Positions 39,437-48,696 of a stretch of 64,000 bases of DNA are shown here, one piece after another. Where the stretch lies: positions 160,001 to 224,000 of the forward strand of contig OY970393.1 in the NCBI GenBank assembly GCA_963720465.1, in the 5' to 3' direction. The DNA is from Methanobacteriota archaeon. GTDB lineage: Archaea > Halobacteriota > Bog-38 > Methanoflorentales > Methanoflorentaceae. The position numbers and the translations under genes were made by a program. Numbering within the stretch: the stretch's first letter is position 1; each line of letters begins with the position of its first letter. The notes under the pieces are model-generated. The model saw nothing but the letters and a program-made list of their open reading frames with translations, made no database searches and was not told the origin of the DNA.

Positions 39437-42012
39437 GTGACCTGAGCGGTCAGTTCAATCAGTTTAAATCCACCCACTTCGAGTCCGACGGTGAAACCGC
39501 GGATGTTGCTGCTTTCGCGCACTCCTTGATCGTACCAGTCATCGATTTCGCTGTGGAACACCCGTATTCGATAGCGGCCGGGCGTGACGTAGGTTTCGAC
39601 GATCTTACTCACGCTGAAAGTGAACGAAGTCGAACTATCCGCCATGTTGCCGACACAGATAACGACGTGGGACGGCGACGCGAGCGCAACGAGGTGTATC
39701 TCTTCAAGCTGCTCGTGAATCATGGCCGAAACATCATCATCGAGTTCGATGCCAGCGTTTTTCAAACTCGTCCCAAACGGATAGTTTGCGAAAATAGTGA
39801 GGCGCCCTTTTACCCAGCACGCAAAATAGGTCACAGCGCTGCCGTGATACGGCATGTTTGAGAGGCTTACCCATTTCCATCTGAGGGGAATGTTGGGGTT
39901 GATGTGCAACCCGCGGTAGAGGCCGACGCCACACACGCCTTCCACGGCGGTCCACAAGTATTTCGGTGGGAACCACGGCGAAAGCTTCATGCCGTTATTG
40001 ACGAGGGATTCCCCGTGATACCACTCGGAGAACTGCCCCGGCACGGTGTTCTGGTTTGTTGGGTCAAGCTCGTACTGGCGAAACGTGCCGCGCATGATGC
40101 TTACCATAACATCCGGCTGATGTGTCGAGCACGAGTAGGCAAACATGAAGGCAACGTCAGGCCACACGCCGCCCGTCAAGCCCCATCCTCGTTCGGGATG
40201 GTAGTTGAGCGCCGTCCGCGGCACGGTCCGTAAGCCTGCTGTCGTTAAGAAGTCGGGGCGGTTGAGCCGGTCGATGATGAGGTGCGATGTTGCAGGGGTG
40301 GCTACGTTCCAAATCACCGGAAATATTAGATCGCACGTAACGTCCGGGTGCTCATTGCCGGCCACATCGATGTTTAGGTAGTAAAGACCGCTCTTGAGGT
40401 CGATTAAGTGCGTGTTGATCGCGTTCTTGAGCTTCCTGGCTTCCGTTCGAAAATATGCCGCTCGATCGTCGTGGCCCATGAAATCGGCCAACAGCGCAGT
40501 CGCTCGCAGCGCCGCGAAGCATTCAGCATTAACCTCGGTAACCGCACCGTTTACGGCGTAGTTTGGGATTATATTCCGCCAGCCGCAGATGCCATAGACG
40601 CCCACGCCGTTTGATTTGCAGTATACGAGGCCACGCTCGTCTTTCTGAGAAACAATGTAATCAGCAGCTTTTTCTATGGAAGGATACATCTCTTCGAGAA
40701 ATGAGCGGTCATCGGTGATCTGGAACGTGTGCTCGACGGCGAGGATGTAGAGCGGCGTATCGTCGTTAATATTGAGCTGATAGTCGTCAACTTCTCCGGT
40801 CACGCCGTTATAGTATTCGGCGATGAGCCCATCGGCGGATTGCAGCCGTTTAAAGACTCTCAGAGCCTCCTTAGAAAACTCCGGAGTTACGTAGTCGCAC
40901 CCAAATGCAAACCACGCGGTATCTCGGGCGACGATATTGCTTGAGAGGCTCGGATCATTCGTGAATCCCCAGCCTTGCGGATAGAGGGCTTTCACGCGAG
41001 CCATATTGGCTTTGGCCCACTGCACCCCTCTGTTAATGACCTGGTCAGGGGTCGTGACCACAGAATAGCTGCATTCATTCACGAAATGCCGTAATGTCTG
41101 TTCGTATGCATTTTCATAGTTTTCAAGCAGCTCAAATGTGCGAATGGCGTCTGCGTCGCCCGCCATCGAGAAGCCAATCACAAAGGTGAACTCTTCCTCC
41201 TCCTCTGGAGGTAGGTCGACGTCCACTTGGATCCTGCCGATGATTGCGCGATTGTCAGCGCTGCCTCTCGCTGAATTTGGTTCAGCAGATTCGTTTTCCA
41301 GCGGAACGTATTGTACGGAACAGCGCTCTGAGGAGAAACTGCCTCCAAGATACTGCTCACACGAAGGACGCAGGCTCGGGGTGACATTGAAATTGTCGGT
41401 GACCGCTGAAATGTCGGTAGTATATGAGCATATTGGATTCGTCGCAGTCGTTCCAAAGAACCTCGTCCAGTGCTCATTGCTTTGATTGCTCGCTATTATG
41501 GCTGCGTTCTTGTAGTTATAACGGATTTCCACATCGGGAGCTGTTGCGAGGTACTTAGGGCGCAGGTCAGAATAGGCCACTATAGAGATCCGCTGGACGT
41601 CTGCGGTTTTGTTCGTAATGTGTAGCCCTAAATAAGCAGCCGCACACTCGTCAAGATGGTCTTGCGGCGCATTTGGCACGTAGAAGATCTCTGAAACGCG
41701 GAGTCCGTGGGCGAGTTTGAACGTGCGTTTTTGAAAGGCCGGATGAATTGTGAAATCTCCGGTGCCAGTCTGTTCAAGCAACACGCCGGATTCCGCGTCG
41801 TAGTAGCGGACGAGCGTTGAGCCAATGACGTTCCTCCCCAGGTCTAGCGAAAACAAGCTTTCGATCGCTCCCGTCGCCTTTGAATTCGCGAAGCATTTCT
41901 TGTTTCCGTAGCTGCTTCCGGTCACCAGTTTGTCATCTGGAAGCACGTAGGCCCACAGATCGTTTATCCGTTCAATCTGCACGATGTTTGCTGCTTCTGC
42001 TTCGCTTCTCAT
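39433..42012 (-). CDS. Six-hairpin glycoside hydrolase (amylo-alpha-1,6-glucosidase / GH116-like)
   Basis: VARDTAWF, INDDTPLYI, YPSIEKAADY, GLRT, GGVWP, PGQFSEW; consistent with an (alpha/alpha)6 barrel. Confidence 0.7.
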   Translation of the reverse strand: MRSEAEAANIVQIERINDLWAYVLPDDKLVTGSSYGNKKCFANSKATGAIESLFSLDLGRNVIGSTLVRYYDAESGVLLEQTGTGDFTIHPAFQKRTFKLAHGLRVSEIFYVPNAPQDHLDECAAAYLGLHITNKTADVQRISIVAYSDLRPKYLATAPDVEIRYNYKNAAIIASNQSNEHWTRFFGTTATNPICSYTTDISAVTDNFNVTPSLRPSCEQYLGGSFSSERCSVQYVPLENESAEPNSARGSADNRAIIGRIQVDVDLPPEEEEEFTFVIGFSMAGDADAIRTFELLENYENAYEQTLRHFVNECSYSVVTTPDQVINRGVQWAKANMARVKALYPQGWGFTNDPSLSSNIVARDTAWFAFGCDYVTPEFSKEALRVFKRLQSADGLIAEYYNGVTGEVDDYQLNINDDTPLYILAVEHTFQITDDRSFLEEMYPSIEKAADYIVSQKDERGLVYCKSNGVGVYGICGWRNIIPNYAVNGAVTEVNAECFAALRATALLADFMGHDDRAAYFRTEARKLKNAINTHLIDLKSGLYYLNIDVAGNEHPDVTCDLIFPVIWNVATPATSHLIIDRLNRPDFLTTAGLRTVPRTALNYHPERGWGLTGGVWPDVAFMFAYSCSTHQPDVMVSIMRGTFRQYELDPTNQNTVPGQFSEWYHGESLVNNGMKLSPWFPPKYLWTAVEGVCGVGLYRGLHINPNIPLRWKWVSLSNMPYHGSAVTYFACWVKGRLTIFANYPFGTSLKNAGIELDDDVSAMIHEQLEEIHLVALASPSHVVICVGNMADSSTSFTFSVSKIVETYVTPGRYRIRVFHSEIDDWYDQGVRESSNIRGFTVGLEVGGFKLIELTAQVT

Positions 42013-42204
42013 GGAACCAATAGTAATAGCAGTGCTGCTAGTTTAATGTTTTTGTAAACGAAATCAACTGCGGAACGCTTGTGCACGGTCAGCGCTTGCT
42101 GGGCGTCGTTTCACCAATGCATAAAATAGTTATATAAGGGTAGAGCACTCAGGGACTTCGAAGGAAGTGAGCCCATTAGCGGATACAAAAGCTCGTGGAC
42201 CATT

Positions 42205-43104
42205 TTGCATACGTACCTCGGCTTAAAACAAACGGAGACCGTGCTTATCGTCACCGACACGCTGAGGATTAGGATTGCCAAATCGTTGTATGATACCGCG
42301 CGCGAAATGGACTGCGACGCTATAATGATGACGATGCCGCCGCGTTCCCGCCACGGAGAAGAGCCCCCCCGAGCAGTGGCAGAAGCGATGCGAAGCGTTG
42401 ACGTTGTTATCGCCCCTACGACGATGTCACTGACGCACACGAGCGCGCGAAAGCAGGCAAATGATGCCGGTGTGCGAACCGCGAGCATGCCCGGCGTCAC
42501 TGAGCGAATGATGATTGAAGGCGGTTTAACCGCGAATCCGCGGGAGGTGGTGGAACATACCCACCACCTAGCTGAAACGTTCAAAGGCGCGTCCGAGATC
42601 CGACTTATGTCAGATCTCGGAACCGACATCTCGTTTGAAGTCGACACGTCCAAATGGAACCTCGACGTGGGGTGCTGTCATCAGCAAGGTTGCAGCACAA
42701 ACTTGCCGGCAGGGGAAGTCTATACGGCTCCCGAAAACTGTAAAGGCACCGTCGTGATCGATGGCTCCATGGCCGGTCTCGAACTTTTGAAACATCCGAT
42801 AAAGATTCAAGTCGAAGAAGGTCGCGCCGTTGACGTCCAAGGCGACCGTGCGAAGGAAGTCCTCAAGATCATCAACCCACTTGGAGACGAAGCACGAAAT
42901 ATCGCAGAACTCGGAATCGGGACAAATCCCCGCGCGCGCATAATCGGGGTTGTTTTGGAAGATGAGAAGGTGCGAGGCACTGCGCATATCGCTTTAGGCG
43001 ACAACAGTACGATTGGAGGTCACGTCGTCGCAGGAGTGCACCTCGATGCGATAATTCGCAAACCGCGAGTTTTTGCTGACGGGCACGAGATTGATCTGGT
43101 GTAA
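42205..43104 (+). CDS. M29-family (AmpS-like) aminopeptidase
   Basis: HGEEPP, SLTHT, NLPAGEVY.AP, IAELGIGTNP, LEDEKV.GTAHIALG, HLD. Confidence 0.88.
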   Translation: MHTYLGLKQTETVLIVTDTLRIRIAKSLYDTAREMDCDAIMMTMPPRSRHGEEPPRAVAEAMRSVDVVIAPTTMSLTHTSARKQANDAGVRTASMPGVTERMMIEGGLTANPREVVEHTHHLAETFKGASEIRLMSDLGTDISFEVDTSKWNLDVGCCHQQGCSTNLPAGEVYTAPENCKGTVVIDGSMAGLELLKHPIKIQVEEGRAVDVQGDRAKEVLKIINPLGDEARNIAELGIGTNPRARIIGVVLEDEKVRGTAHIALGDNSTIGGHVVAGVHLDAIIRKPRVFADGHEIDLV

Positions 43105-43269
43105 CTCAACAGATCGTCGTGGAACGGTCAAAAGTGCTGATAGCCTCCGCTGCTGCATCTGAAGCAAGGTTTCAGTCGTTTTCAAAAAATAGGCCTGATG
43201 CGCAGCATCTCACCGTTGAAAGTTGATCAGTGCAGCGCTAAAAGGTTTCAAGGCCTCGTAACAAAAGTG

Positions 43270-43689
43270 CTACATGGTTGCTAGCTCTGATCCTTTTTGC
43301 TGGCACGATTCGAGATCGGCTTTGGTCGGTTTGCCCTTCACTCTGATTGGCGGCGTGAGAACAGTCGCGCCTTTTGAGCGGAAAAAGTCTATGGTTTGGT
43401 CGATCGCGTCACCGAGTTCCTCGCACGAACCTAACACGAAAGCGGTCTTGCCGCTAAAATCGAAATTATCATAATTCTTCATGAAATAACGCACGTTCGA
43501 GGGCGGTTTTTGATGGTAGGTAGGAGTGGCGACAACGACCACGTCTGCGTTCTTGACGTCGAAAGGCTTGATTTGCCGTATGTTTCTGATCACTGTCTCG
43601 GCTCCTGCTTCTCGTGCTCCGCGCTCCAATGCATATGCCATCGTTCGCGTGTTGCCATGGTAACTCTCGTATCCTATGACAATTTTCAT
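43270..43689 (-). CDS. Flavodoxin-domain protein
   Basis: YESYHGNT..MA, ATPTY, FVLGS. Confidence 0.85.
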   Translation of the reverse strand: MKIVIGYESYHGNTRTMAYALERGAREAGAETVIRNIRQIKPFDVKNADVVVVATPTYHQKPPSNVRYFMKNYDNFDFSGKTAFVLGSCEELGDAIDQTIDFFRSKGATVLTPPIRVKGKPTKADLESCQQKGSELATM

Positions 43690-43838
43690 GGTTTTTACTA
43701 TCTTTTTATCAACATAAACCTTTCAGCACAGAACGAGATCGGTTGTTCTAGCTTTTTTTGACTTCAGAGACGACGCTGTGTCACGCGGCAAACGATATAT
43801 ACGCGCAACCAAAATTAAGTCAGAACGAGGCACAAAAA

Positions 43839-44357
43839 ATGGAGAGCGAAGGCTCTAGAAAGGAATTAGGAACACGAACTGGCGAGGCCTTAGTTGGCGA
43901 AATGCCGGAACTTGCACACATAGACATCGCCATCGGTCAAAAAGGAGGCGCTTTTGAGACGGCTTTCCTCACCGGTCTCGCGACGCCGCGAATGGGTCAT
44001 ACTGCGTTGTTGGCAATATTGGCTCCCAACTATGCCGTCAAGCCGACCACGCTTATGGTAAACAAGGTCTCGATTAAGGGTGAAGCACAAGCTGAGCTTA
44101 TGTTCGGGCCCGTCCAAGCCGCGATAGCAAAAGCAGTCCTCGACAGTGTTCAAGAAAACATTATTCCGGCCTTTATGGCAAATGAGCTGATGATAATCGC
44201 TTCAGTCTATATTCACGGCAGCGCCAAAGATAAGAAAAAACTATATGACTATAACTACCAGGCGACAAAAAGTGCAATCAGCAACGCAATGAAGGATTCG
44301 CCGACAATAGACGAACTATTGTCGAAGAAGGACACAATCGTGCATCCCTTGATGTAG
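43839..44357 (+). CDS. fae: Formaldehyde-activating enzyme
   Basis: GEALVG..ELAHID, GHTALLA, VKP.TL.VNKV, FGPVQAAIAKAV.D, YNYQATK.AI. Confidence 0.92.
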   Translation: MESEGSRKELGTRTGEALVGEMPELAHIDIAIGQKGGAFETAFLTGLATPRMGHTALLAILAPNYAVKPTTLMVNKVSIKGEAQAELMFGPVQAAIAKAVLDSVQENIIPAFMANELMIIASVYIHGSAKDKKKLYDYNYQATKSAISNAMKDSPTIDELLSKKDTIVHPLM

Positions 44358-44374
44358 GAAACGGCTAGCACCTT

Positions 44375-44716
44375 TTACGGAAACAGCGTGATACCTTCCT
44401 TTTCAATTAACGCTTGGTACGCTGGCTCTATCTCTTCTTCCCACTTTAGGACGACGTGCAATTCGCGCTGAGGCTCAAGATCGGTTATTATTCGATAAAC
44501 CTCAGCGTAAAACTGAGGATGATCGAAATCACTGGAAAAAAGCATCGCTATGTCGATGTCATAAACTTCTGGAAAAACACCTTTGGCAACTGAACCGTAG
44601 AGAACGATCCTTTTGAGACTTGTTGGCGCCCATGCTTGCACTGCGCTCACAAAACTACTGATCAGATCTCGATCAGGCGCCGGTATATCTAGAAAGTTAA
44701 ACTTGTGTTCACCCAT
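44375..44716 (-). CDS. Minimal nucleotidyltransferase (MNT) domain protein
   Basis: IVLYGSVAKG....DIDIA, I.KEGITL. Confidence 0.8.
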   Translation of the reverse strand: MGEHKFNFLDIPAPDRDLISSFVSAVQAWAPTSLKRIVLYGSVAKGVFPEVYDIDIAMLFSSDFDHPQFYAEVYRIITDLEPQRELHVVLKWEEEIEPAYQALIEKEGITLFP

Positions 44717-45413
44717 TTCTAGCCCTCGAAGGTTGCACGTGGCTATTGCTGCGTCCTTTGCGTGCTCAGCGAGCAACTAATATGACTTCGCGTTAATTCA
44801 GCTTGTCCTTTTTTGTATTCTTCTCACGCGCGATTATGGATTGCGGCGGCCTCACCAGGTTCAAAGAAGTTTCTCAGGATACCGACGTAAATATGTGATG
44901 GATCTGGGAGATTACTAAGAGAGACGCGCATCGCCTGAAAAAAAAATAGCGGAGCCCTCACTTTGTTAATTCAGGATCTCGAACGCGCCGGAGCTGGTAA
45001 ATGTGAGTTGGCGGCTCAGTATGGTTCGCTCGCTCCTCGGCTTTAGCACGAGACGCAATCTTAGTTGTTCGGCAATCGATCGGTCTTGGATATGGGCGTC
45101 TCCTCGCATATTTTCGACGTGGATGAATCCAACGGTATTGCTAACAACAAAGGCTTCGGCGTGTTAGGGGCTTTCGAACGTTTGGCAAATTCTGTTGCCT
45201 TAAAGGTCAACACAGGCAAGGAGCTGTCTTCGCAGCCAACAATGCTTATTTGCGCAACGTTGTCGCTTACACGTTTTTCCTGCCAGTGGAAGATAACAAT
45301 GTTATCATTGATATCTGCTTGAGCATCTCGTGCTGTCATGGCAGCCATCAGAAAAGGCTCTTTCGAGAGCAAAGCAATGAAAGGCGGAGATAGGCCTGTC
45401 GTTAACTGACTGA

Positions 45414-46037
45414 TTAGGGACGTTTCGGCATTCTTTCGCGCCTTTCGACCGCCATATCTTTGAGCAAAAAGGCGTCGTAATTTTTTGTGTCGACGGCCAG
45501 AGTTTGGTCAAAACACTCGATAGCTAAATCAAGCTCGCCTAGACCAAGGTAAAAACACCCAAGGTTATTCCAGGCCATAGTGTAGACGGGATCAATGTCT
45601 ATGGCTTTTTTCAGGTCTTCAATCCCTTCGCTATCAAGACCGAGGTTGAATTCGGACAAAGCCCGCGCGTTAAGCGCTTCCTTGTTCGTCGGCGTAAGTC
45701 GTACAATCCCATCTAACAGATTTTTAGCCTCTTGGAAGTTTCTGTTGCTATTTAGTGATATCGCTTTATTGAGCTTCACGTGGGATGCATTTGGCTGGAT
45801 CTCAAGCGCTCTGTCATAGCACTCGATTGATTTTCCGAACTTGCTAAGAGCGAACAATGCCAATCCTTTGTTGTGCAGTGCTCGGAAATTGTTGGGCGCT
45901 CGCTCAAGCACTGCGTCATAGTGATTGACCGCGTCGCCGAACTGCCCGTGCTTGAACTTCTCATCTGCCTGGTCGATGAGGTCAGTGATGTCTTTATTAC
46001 GCAGCAGTTTACTTTTTTTTGTCTGACGTCTAAACAT
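45414..46037 (-). CDS. TPR-repeat protein
   Basis: Repeated NKG.AL..L......CYD.AL...P units. Confidence 0.88.
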   Translation of the reverse strand: MFRRQTKKSKLLRNKDITDLIDQADEKFKHGQFGDAVNHYDAVLERAPNNFRALHNKGLALFALSKFGKSIECYDRALEIQPNASHVKLNKAISLNSNRNFQEAKNLLDGIVRLTPTNKEALNARALSEFNLGLDSEGIEDLKKAIDIDPVYTMAWNNLGCFYLGLGELDLAIECFDQTLAVDTKNYDAFLLKDMAVERRERMPKRP

Positions 46038-46255
46038 CGAACCTCGCGGCCATCGAACGCAGCAGCGTCACTCAACATCATCTTCTGCTGCAGGTAATAT
46101 ATAAGGGACGCCGGTAGGCGCACCCTTTAAATACTTCACGATGCTCTAAAATATGTGTTTGCGCTGCCAATTGGCACCTCGATGGAGCAAGCGAACGTGC
46201 CTCAAAAGACCTAGTAGCTGCATCGAGCGACCTGTGAGGAGAGATTCACACGAAC

Positions 46256-48592
46256 TTGGGATGGTTTAGAGAAAAGCACGCGGAAAGGGCCGTGATGCTT
46301 CTTGTTATCTTCATCGTTGCTCTCTATTTGCGGATTATACTTCCGTGGGCGAGTTCCATCCAAGGTGGCAGCATTATCATCAACGATTTTGATCCGTACT
46401 ATCACCTCCGGATAATCGAGAACACGATACAGCATTTTCCTTATGTGCTTGCCTATGATCCTTACGTCAACTATCCCACCGGATTTTGGATCGGCTGGCC
46501 ACCACTCTACGATTTTCTCGCTGCAGCATACACGCTGGTGGCGATGGCGCTGTTTCACGTCGGCTGGCAAGTTGGCGTCGCGACGTTCCCTGCGCTCTTA
46601 GGGGCTCTCGCGATCTTGCCCATATATTACATAACAAAGCTTATCTTTGACTGGAAGGCGGGCATCGTCGCGGCCGCACTTCTTACGGTCATCCCAGCGA
46701 ATATCCAGGATTCGATGGTAGGCAATATCAATCACCACGTCGCTGTGGAAGTGCTTTTTCCGGCGCTTTTGTTCCTGTTCTTGATGCTTGCGTTGAGGGG
46801 TGAGTTGACGTTTGGGAAGGTTCGGCATTTTTCCTTCACTGGTGGAGACAAGCGGACCTTGCTCTACGGAGCGCTCGCTGGCGTTTTTGTAACCGCCTGT
46901 TTGCTGACGTGGCTCGGCTCGTTCTTCTTCCTCGGCATTATCGGGGGGTATGCTATTGTCCAGTATAGTTTAAACCACGTGAAGCGGGTTTCATCCGACA
47001 ATCTCACGATTGTCTTGTTAACTATGCTTTTCATATCGCTGATTACGATCCTTCCTGTGAGTCTCACGACCCATTTCGGACGGACAATAGATACCCTGCA
47101 CCTCTCTCTGTTCCAGCCGCTGTTTTTGCTGGCACTAATAGTCATTTTTACGATATTTGGATTCCTCGCGTATTACATGCGAGGCATGCGGCGGGCAGTT
47201 TACCCACTGACGATCTGCGCGCTCGTAGTCGCTGCGAGCATTGGCCTCTATGTGTGGAACCCGAGCCTCACTGTAACGGTGTTCAGTGGGTATGGCTTCT
47301 TCACGCAAACAGGGGTCTTGCAGACCGTAGCCGAGGCGCAACCGCTATTCTTCGTGGGAGGAAGCTTCACGCTCGCTGCGGCCGCTAGCTACTTCCAGCT
47401 TTTGCTATTCGTGGGTCTCGCCGGTCTCGTGGTGCTCGTATATCGCGCGTTGAAGAAACAGGACGCGGCGGCCGTATTGCTGGCCGTTTGGAGCGTCTTT
47501 GCCTTTGTACTTGGCAGTATCCAGGTACAATTTGCGTTTCTGATGTCTGCCAACGTCGCGATCCTTTCTGGGTTCGTGATAGTGTGGATTATGGACGCGC
47601 TTATTGGCAAATCCTATAGCAAGTTGTCGGGCGTACGCGATGCTGCGGCGGTTCCTCAGCTCTTCGGGCGTGAAGTGAAATACACGCAACTTCTCGGAGT
47701 CCTCATTGTCGTGGCCGTTTTGCTCCTGCCAAGTATTAGTGCGACCACGACGACTGCGAAGAGCGTCTCCGCTATACCAAGCGACTGGGCGGAAGCGCTT
47801 CAGTGGCTGAATGCTAACACGCCAGCAACTTCGAACTATAATGTGACGTCGAACCAGATACCGCAATATGGGGTGCTTAGCTGGTGGGATTACGGGAACT
47901 GGATCATTTTCTTAGGCCATAGGCCAGCCATCGCGAACAACTTCCAAACGGGAGTCAACGACTCCGCGACTTTTTTCGTGAGCCAGAATGAATCAGGCAC
48001 CTTAGGCATCATCCAGAAAGACCACGTCAAGTATGTGATGACCGATTACGAAATGGCGGACTACACCGACAAGTTCCCCGCGATTGCGCTTTTATCGGGA
48101 CAAGGGGTCGATACGTTCCTCACAACGCAGGAGCAGTTAGACCAAAGTGGCCAACTGACTCAGCAGACCGTGCCAACCGCCGCGTATTATAACACGACGG
48201 TCGTCAGATTGCAATATTACGACGGCAATGGATACAGCCACTATCGTTTGATTTACGAATCGCCAACTACGGTGGGCACGCTCAACGGAACTAATATACA
48301 GTATGTTAAGATCTTTGAATACGTTGAGGGCGCACGGATAGCTGTCAGCGGCAATGGAAACGCTACGCTATCTCTCAACGTCACCACAAATCAAAACCGG
48401 ACGTTCACCTATACGCAGAGTGCTAGAGTGAACGGCACCCATGTGTTTGTGGTTCCCTATGCGACGGTTGGGATGCCGTACGGAATCAAAACTGGCCCTG
48501 CATACAAGGCGACGATCGGCAACGTCACGAAGCAAATCGCAGTGAGTGAGAGCGACGTCCAAAACGGGACCGAACTTACTCTCAGTTTCTAG
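46256..48592 (+). CDS. aglB: Oligosaccharyltransferase AglB (STT3)
   Basis: DPYYH, many TM helices, TVAEAQP, SWWDYG motif, NNFQ.G. Confidence 0.95.
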   Translation: MGWFREKHAERAVMLLVIFIVALYLRIILPWASSIQGGSIIINDFDPYYHLRIIENTIQHFPYVLAYDPYVNYPTGFWIGWPPLYDFLAAAYTLVAMALFHVGWQVGVATFPALLGALAILPIYYITKLIFDWKAGIVAAALLTVIPANIQDSMVGNINHHVAVEVLFPALLFLFLMLALRGELTFGKVRHFSFTGGDKRTLLYGALAGVFVTACLLTWLGSFFFLGIIGGYAIVQYSLNHVKRVSSDNLTIVLLTMLFISLITILPVSLTTHFGRTIDTLHLSLFQPLFLLALIVIFTIFGFLAYYMRGMRRAVYPLTICALVVAASIGLYVWNPSLTVTVFSGYGFFTQTGVLQTVAEAQPLFFVGGSFTLAAAASYFQLLLFVGLAGLVVLVYRALKKQDAAAVLLAVWSVFAFVLGSIQVQFAFLMSANVAILSGFVIVWIMDALIGKSYSKLSGVRDAAAVPQLFGREVKYTQLLGVLIVVAVLLLPSISATTTTAKSVSAIPSDWAEALQWLNANTPATSNYNVTSNQIPQYGVLSWWDYGNWIIFLGHRPAIANNFQTGVNDSATFFVSQNESGTLGIIQKDHVKYVMTDYEMADYTDKFPAIALLSGQGVDTFLTTQEQLDQSGQLTQQTVPTAAYYNTTVVRLQYYDGNGYSHYRLIYESPTTVGTLNGTNIQYVKIFEYVEGARIAVSGNGNATLSLNVTTNQNRTFTYTQSARVNGTHVFVVPYATVGMPYGIKTGPAYKATIGNVTKQIAVSESDVQNGTELTLSF

Positions 48593-48696
48593 AGAGCTCA
48601 ACTCGGGTGCCGAGCCTTTGCACAGAAGCAGTTCGCGCAGAGTTTGCGCATTTGAGCTGGACGTGGCCCGTTCTTGTTAGCAAGAATTCGATCGGC

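Noticed and set aside
45061-45372. 103-aa minus-strand ORF downstream of the TPR gene
   Set aside because: No recognisable features; may be spurious.
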